DNA from: Dyella tabacisoli
Lineage (GTDB): Bacteria > Pseudomonadota > Gammaproteobacteria > Xanthomonadales > Rhodanobacteraceae
Length of the DNA stretch: 64,000 nucleotides
NCBI RefSeq assembly: GCF_003350925.1
Contig: NZ_KZ857174.1
Coordinates: 499,484-563,483 of the forward strand
Direction: 5' to 3'
In this document: positions 59,702 through 64,000 of the stretch, piece by piece
Layout of the letters: every line of letters starts with the position of its first letter
Numbering within the stretch: position 1 is the first letter of the stretch
Program-made: the position numbers and the translations under genes
The notes under the pieces: model-generated
What the model was told of the DNA's origin: nothing
The model's input: only the letters and a program-made list of their open reading frames with translations
Databases searched by the model: none

Positions 59702-62700
59702 ATGCTGAATCGTCTCGTCGAATTCTCATTGCGCTACAAAGTGCTGGTGATCGTCCTATTTGCGGTGATCGCTTTTCTAGGCTGGAAGGCGGTGCGCAAT
59801 GTACCGATCGATGCCTTTCCCGATGTCACTCCGGTACAGGTCAACGTCTATACCGAGTCGGCCGGCCTGGCCGCGGAGGATGTCGAGCAGTTGCTCACTT
59901 TTCCGGTGGAGTCTGCCCTGGCCGGCCTGCCGAAGGTGCAGGAGATTCGCTCGGTCAGTCTGTTTGGCTTGTCCTATGTATCCGTGTATTTCGATGACGA
60001 TATGGACATCTATTTCGCGCGGCAACTGGTCAACGAGCGCCTGCAGCAAGTGGGCGATCGATTGCCGGCGGGCTACGGCAAGCCCGAAATGGGGCCGAAT
60101 GCCTCGGGCCTCGGGCAGGTGTTCTGGTACACCGTGGAACGTGCCGATCGACAATTGAAAGAGGCGGCTGACATCGGTGGAAAAGCCATCGACGATATGG
60201 ATCTGCGCACCCTGCAGGATTGGACCGTGCGGTTGATCTTGCGTACCGCGCCAGGTGTAGACGATGTCACCTCATGGGGCGGTGGCGAGCGGCAGTATCA
60301 AGTACGCATCGATCCGAACAAGCTGATCGCCCAAGGTATCGGTTTTCGCGAGGTGATGGCTGCGCTAGAAGCGAACAACGCACAGGTCGGCGGTAACTAT
60401 GTCGACGTTGGCCGCGAGCAATACCTCGTGCGCGGGCTGGGCTTGCTCAAGGACGCCAAAGACATCGGCAACATTGTGCTCAAGAGCGCCGGTGGTACGC
60501 CGGTCTACGTACGCGATGTGGCCAGCGTGGTCGAGGCGCCGGCACCGCGTTTCGGCGCGGTTACCCGCGATGGCAAAGAAGTGGTGATGGGCCAGGCGCT
60601 CGCACGCATCGGCGAAAACGCCAAGAGCGTGGTCGATGCAGTTAAGGCTCGGCTCGATACCGTGCGCCAGGCGTTACCGGCCGGTGTCGAGGTCAAACCG
60701 GTTTATGACCGCACCGAGTTGGTCAATCAGGCTGTCGGTACGGCGGTGCGTGCCTTGGTCGAAGGCTCGCTGCTGGTTGCCCTGGTGTTGTTTTTGTTTC
60801 TCGGCGAACTACGTTCGGCCCTGGTGGTGATCGTGACTTTGCCATTGGCGATGCTGATGGCTTTTATCGGCATGGGGCAGGCCGGTCTCTCGGCCAACCT
60901 GATGTCGCTGGCTGGCCTGGCGATCGGCATCGGCATGATGGTGGACGGTGCGGTGGTGATGGTGGAGAACGCGTTCCGCATCATGGCCGAACAACATGCT
61001 CACGGCGAAAAAGTCGATCGCACGGCCGCTGTGCTGAAGGCCGCGCGTGAGGTGGCCAATCCGATCGCCTTCGCCATCATCATTATCGTGGTGGTGTTCT
61101 TGCCGTTGTTCAGCCTGCAAGGGCTCGAAGGCAAAATGTTCAAGCCGATGGCCTTCAACATCAGCTTCGCGATGATCGGTTCGCTGCTGTTGTCGCTGAC
61201 CCTGATCCCTGTGCTGGCCGCTTTGTTACTCAAGCCCAAACAAGAGAAAGATACCTGGCTGGTAGCGAAGATCAAACGCGGCTACGCGCCCTTGCTGGCG
61301 TGGGCGTTGCGTCGGCGCCGAACGGTATTGGCGGCGGCATGTCTCGCTTTGATCGGCAGCCTGGCGCTGTTTCCGTTCCTGGGTAAAGAGTTCATGCCCA
61401 ACCTGCGTGAAGGCGCGATCATGTGGCGGGTCACCTCGATTCCATCGGCGTCGCTGGATGAGTCGATCGATATCTCGGCGAAGATCGCTCGCTTGTTCAA
61501 GCAAAAATTTCCAGAAGTGGAAACGACGCTGGCGATGATCGGTCGTGCGGAAAAAGGCGAGACCGCCGACGTGAACTACATGGAGATCTACACGCCGCTC
61601 AAGCCCAAACAAACCTGGCGTAAAGGCGTCAGCCTGGAAAGCCTGGAAAGCGAGATGCAGGAGGCCTTGGAAAAAGAACTGCCGACATCGGTGGTCGGCT
61701 TCACTCAGCCGATTCAGATGCGGGTGGAGGAGTTGATCTCCGGCGTGCGGGCGACCCTGGCGCTGAAAATCTACGGCCCCGATCTGGGCCAGCTCGATCG
61801 CCTGAGTGCGCAGTTGAAAAATGCACTGTCCGGCGTGCCCGGCGTGGCGGATCTCGCCTTGGAAGCAAACCTCGGCAAGCCACAGATCCGCGTGCAGGTA
61901 GATCGCGAAGCGCTGGCCCGCTATGGGCTCAATGCCGACGATGTGTTGACCGTAGTAAAAAACGGTATCGGCGGCGAGGCGGTCACCAGTTTGCTAGATG
62001 GGGTGCGGCGCTTCGATATCACGGCGCGGCTGGATGAAGATTCAAAACGCTCGATAGCGGCGATACGCACGATCCCATTGCGTGCGGCGAATGGCAGCAT
62101 GGTGCCATTGGACAAGGTCGCCGAAGTAACCACTGCCGAAGGCTATTCCTTCGTACGGCGTGAGCAACTGCAACGCTATGCGGTGATCCAGATGGACGTG
62201 CGCGGTCGTGATATCGACAGCTTCGTCAAAGATGCCAACGCCGCGATCGCACGGGAGCTGAAGCTGCCGGCAGGCTATTGGACCGAGTGGGGTGGAGCTT
62301 TCGAAAATCAGCAGCGTGCGCTCGGCCGCCTGGCCTTGATCGTGCCGGCGACGATCTTCTTTATCTTCATGCTGTTGTATACCGCATTCAATTCGGTCAA
62401 ATACGCCGCGCTGATTCTCGCCAACGTACCGTTTGCGACGATTGGTGGTCTGGTGGCCTTGGCGATCACCGGCCAATACCTATCGGTGCCTTCGGCTATC
62501 GGTTTTATTGCAGTGTTTGGCGTGGCCATGCTCAACGGCATCGTGCTGGTGAGTTTCCTCAATGAGCGGCGCGAGCAAGGCAGTAGCGTGCGTGATGCCG
62601 TAGTGCAGGGTACGGCGTTGCGTTTGCGGCCAGTGTTGATGACTGCCAGCGTGGCGATCCTCGGTCTTGTGCCCATGTTGTTATCGAGTGGTGTGGGTGC

Positions 62701-62833
62701 CGAGACGCAACGGCCTTTGGCGACGGTGGTGGTGGGCGGCTTGATAACCTCCACCTTGCTCACCTTGGTGCTGTTGCCGGTGTTGTATGACTGGATTGAG
62801 GGGCGAAAGGCCGGCAAGGCCGCGACGCTATAA
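59702..62833 (+). CDS. heavy-metal efflux RND transporter (CusA/CzcA family)
   Basis: 1043 aa, 12 TM helices and two large periplasmic loops. Methionine-rich HME-RND features. Confidence 0.9.
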   Translation: MLNRLVEFSLRYKVLVIVLFAVIAFLGWKAVRNVPIDAFPDVTPVQVNVYTESAGLAAEDVEQLLTFPVESALAGLPKVQEIRSVSLFGLSYVSVYFDDDMDIYFARQLVNERLQQVGDRLPAGYGKPEMGPNASGLGQVFWYTVERADRQLKEAADIGGKAIDDMDLRTLQDWTVRLILRTAPGVDDVTSWGGGERQYQVRIDPNKLIAQGIGFREVMAALEANNAQVGGNYVDVGREQYLVRGLGLLKDAKDIGNIVLKSAGGTPVYVRDVASVVEAPAPRFGAVTRDGKEVVMGQALARIGENAKSVVDAVKARLDTVRQALPAGVEVKPVYDRTELVNQAVGTAVRALVEGSLLVALVLFLFLGELRSALVVIVTLPLAMLMAFIGMGQAGLSANLMSLAGLAIGIGMMVDGAVVMVENAFRIMAEQHAHGEKVDRTAAVLKAAREVANPIAFAIIIIVVVFLPLFSLQGLEGKMFKPMAFNISFAMIGSLLLSLTLIPVLAALLLKPKQEKDTWLVAKIKRGYAPLLAWALRRRRTVLAAACLALIGSLALFPFLGKEFMPNLREGAIMWRVTSIPSASLDESIDISAKIARLFKQKFPEVETTLAMIGRAEKGETADVNYMEIYTPLKPKQTWRKGVSLESLESEMQEALEKELPTSVVGFTQPIQMRVEELISGVRATLALKIYGPDLGQLDRLSAQLKNALSGVPGVADLALEANLGKPQIRVQVDREALARYGLNADDVLTVVKNGIGGEAVTSLLDGVRRFDITARLDEDSKRSIAAIRTIPLRAANGSMVPLDKVAEVTTAEGYSFVRREQLQRYAVIQMDVRGRDIDSFVKDANAAIARELKLPAGYWTEWGGAFENQQRALGRLALIVPATIFFIFMLLYTAFNSVKYAALILANVPFATIGGLVALAITGQYLSVPSAIGFIAVFGVAMLNGIVLVSFLNERREQGSSVRDAVVQGTALRLRPVLMTASVAILGLVPMLLSSGVGAETQRPLATVVVGGLITSTLLTLVLLPVLYDWIEGRKAGKAATL

Positions 62834-62848
62834 CGTCCATAACGCACG

Positions 62849-62877
62849 GCCCCCTCCCTACATGTAGGGGAGGGGGC
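62849..62877. terminator. near-perfect GC palindrome immediately after the cusA-like stop
   Basis: cccctcccta catg taggggaggggg. Confidence 0.45.
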
Positions 62878-63430
62878 GTAGGTTGGGCTGAACGAAGTGA
62901 TGCCAGCATGGCGAACCGTTGGGGTTCGCTTGCGCTCACCACCAACCTACACAAGCACGAATCCAGGCGAACAGGCTCTCAGGTCACGCCGAGCATCTGC
63001 TGCGCCAAAGCTTCGGCCACCTTGATGCCATCCATCCCGGCCGAAAGAATGCCGCCCGCATAACTCGCGCCGGCGACGAGGTACGTGTTGTAGGTTGGGC
63101 TGAACGAAGTGATGCCCAACATGGCGGATCGTTGGGGTTCGCTTGCGCTCACCACCAACCTACGCAAGCACGAATCCAGGCGAACAGGCTCTCAGGTCAC
63201 GCCGAGCATCTGCTGCGCCAAAGCCTCGGCCACCTTGATGCCATCCACCCCTGCCGAAAGGATGCCGCCCGCATAACCCGCGCCGGCGACGAGGTACGTG
63301 TTGTAGGTTGGGCTGAACGAAGTGATGCCCAACATGGCGGACCGTTGGGGTTCGCTTGCGCTCACCACCAACCTACGGAAGCACGAATCCAGGCGAACAG
63401 GCTCTCAGGTCACGCCGAGCATCTGCTGCG
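62878..63430. repeat. 3-copy tandem repeat (unit about 206-217 bp); each unit is a 73-bp inverted-repeat-bounded element plus a copy of the last roughly 130 nt of the downstream minus-strand gene
   Basis: Units start at 62878, 63084 and 63301. The element has 9-bp terminal inverted repeats (gtaggttgg / ccaacctac) and an internal palindrome cccaac…gttggg. The B segments re-encode …GAGYAGGILSAG(M/V)DGIKVAEALAQQMLGVT*. Confidence 0.85.
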
Positions 63431-64000
63431 CTAGAGCCTCGGCCACCTTGATGCCATCCACCCCTGCCGAAAGGATGCCGCCCGCATAACCCGCGCCTTC
63501 GCCCGCCGGGTAGAGACCGCGCACGTTCAAGCTTTGGCAGTCGTTGCCACGTGTAATACGCAGCGGCGACGAGGTACGTGTTTCCACGCCTGTCAGCACG
63601 GCATCGTGCATGGCGAAGCCTTTGATCTGTTTATCGAAGGCCGGTAGCGCTTCGCGTATGGCGGCGATGGCGTAGTCGGGCAGGCTGGGGGAGAGATCGC
63701 CCAGCTTCACGCCCGGTTTGTAAGACGGCTCCACTGAGCCGAGTTGAGTCGAGGGTTTGCCGGCGATGAAATCGCCCACCAATTGGGCCGGGGCCTCGTA
63801 ATTGCCGCCGCCCAGCTCGAATGCCTTCGATTCCAGCGCGCGTTGAAAGGCGATGCCGGCCAAGGCGCCGCCGGGATAATCAGCCGGCGTAATGCCGACG
63901 ACAATACCGGCGTTGGCATTGCGCTCGTTGCGCGAGTACTGGCTCATGCCATTGGTGACCACGCGGTTTTCTTCCGATGTTGCCGCAACCACCGTGCCGC
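63405..64000 (-). CDS. FAD-dependent dehydrogenase (COG2509-like), C-terminal part; 5' end outside window
   Basis: C-terminus …GLYPAGEGAGYAGGILSAGVDGIKVAEALAQQMLGVT, typical of the FAD-dependent protein C-terminal domain. Stop at 63405-63407. Confidence 0.65.
   Translation of the reverse strand, partial: GTVVAATSEENRVVTNGMSQYSRNERNANAGIVVGITPADYPGGALAGIAFQRALESKAFELGGGNYEAPAQLVGDFIAGKPSTQLGSVEPSYKPGVKLGDLSPSLPDYAIAAIREALPAFDKQIKGFAMHDAVLTGVETRTSSPLRITRGNDCQSLNVRGLYPAGEGAGYAGGILSAGVDGIKVAEALAQQMLGVT

Noticed and set aside
62878-63430. Possible CRISPR array
   Set aside because: The unit is about 210 bp with no alternation of short repeats and unique spacers. Units are near-identical copies that include coding sequence. 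Not CRISPR-like.
62919-63434. 171-aa plus-strand ORF and short minus-strand ORFs (62979-63167, 62760-62954) with internally repeated peptide sequence
   Set aside because: They lie on the 3-copy tandem repeat. The repeated peptide (…GFACAHHQPT…) is a translation artefact of the repeat, and the minus-strand ones are duplicated pseudo-3'-ends of the FAD-dehydrogenase gene.

Overview
This 64-kb window looks like a high-GC gammaproteobacterial chromosome. Gene content and synteny resemble Xanthomonadales/Lysobacterales genomes, but that is an inference; no search was run. The core backbone is well supported: uvrB, tRNA-Val, a hemJ-like gene, the thrS-infC-rpmI-rplT-pheS-pheT-ihfA block, a MerR regulator and tRNA-Pro, a divergent serA/D-2-hydroxyglutarate dehydrogenase pair, pip, upp, queA-tgt-yajC-secD-secF, the amgK-murU cell-wall recycling pair and a cusCBA-type heavy-metal RND efflux operon. 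Accessory content includes a galactoside-utilisation locus (GH35 fragment, GH27, a GntR regulator), an ABC-2 transporter/DesK-like kinase/NarL-type regulator/secreted hydrolase module and two tandem Oar-like TonB-dependent receptors. The two receptors share a conserved promoter and a structured leader. The main accessory feature is a roughly 9.5-kb island (31.0-40.5 kb) inserted between two degenerate tandem tRNA-like sequences and queA. It carries an SPFH/band-7 protein, an RtcB RNA ligase, a lipoprotein, two large paralogous proteins with both ends membrane-anchored and no recognisable domains, and a VapBC toxin-antitoxin pair. The island operon of lipoprotein plus the two paralogs, and the link between SPFH/RtcB and the VapC PIN nuclease, are the most plausible candidates for an undescribed system. 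Other points of interest are a 3-copy tandem repeat of about 210 bp that duplicates a gene 3' end together with a small inverted-repeat element (62.9-63.4 kb), a 630-bp non-coding stretch with its own promoter and terminator upstream of the tRNA-like elements, and a long inverted repeat built from GGAACGG heptamers next to serA. No CRISPR array, integrase or transposase was recognised.
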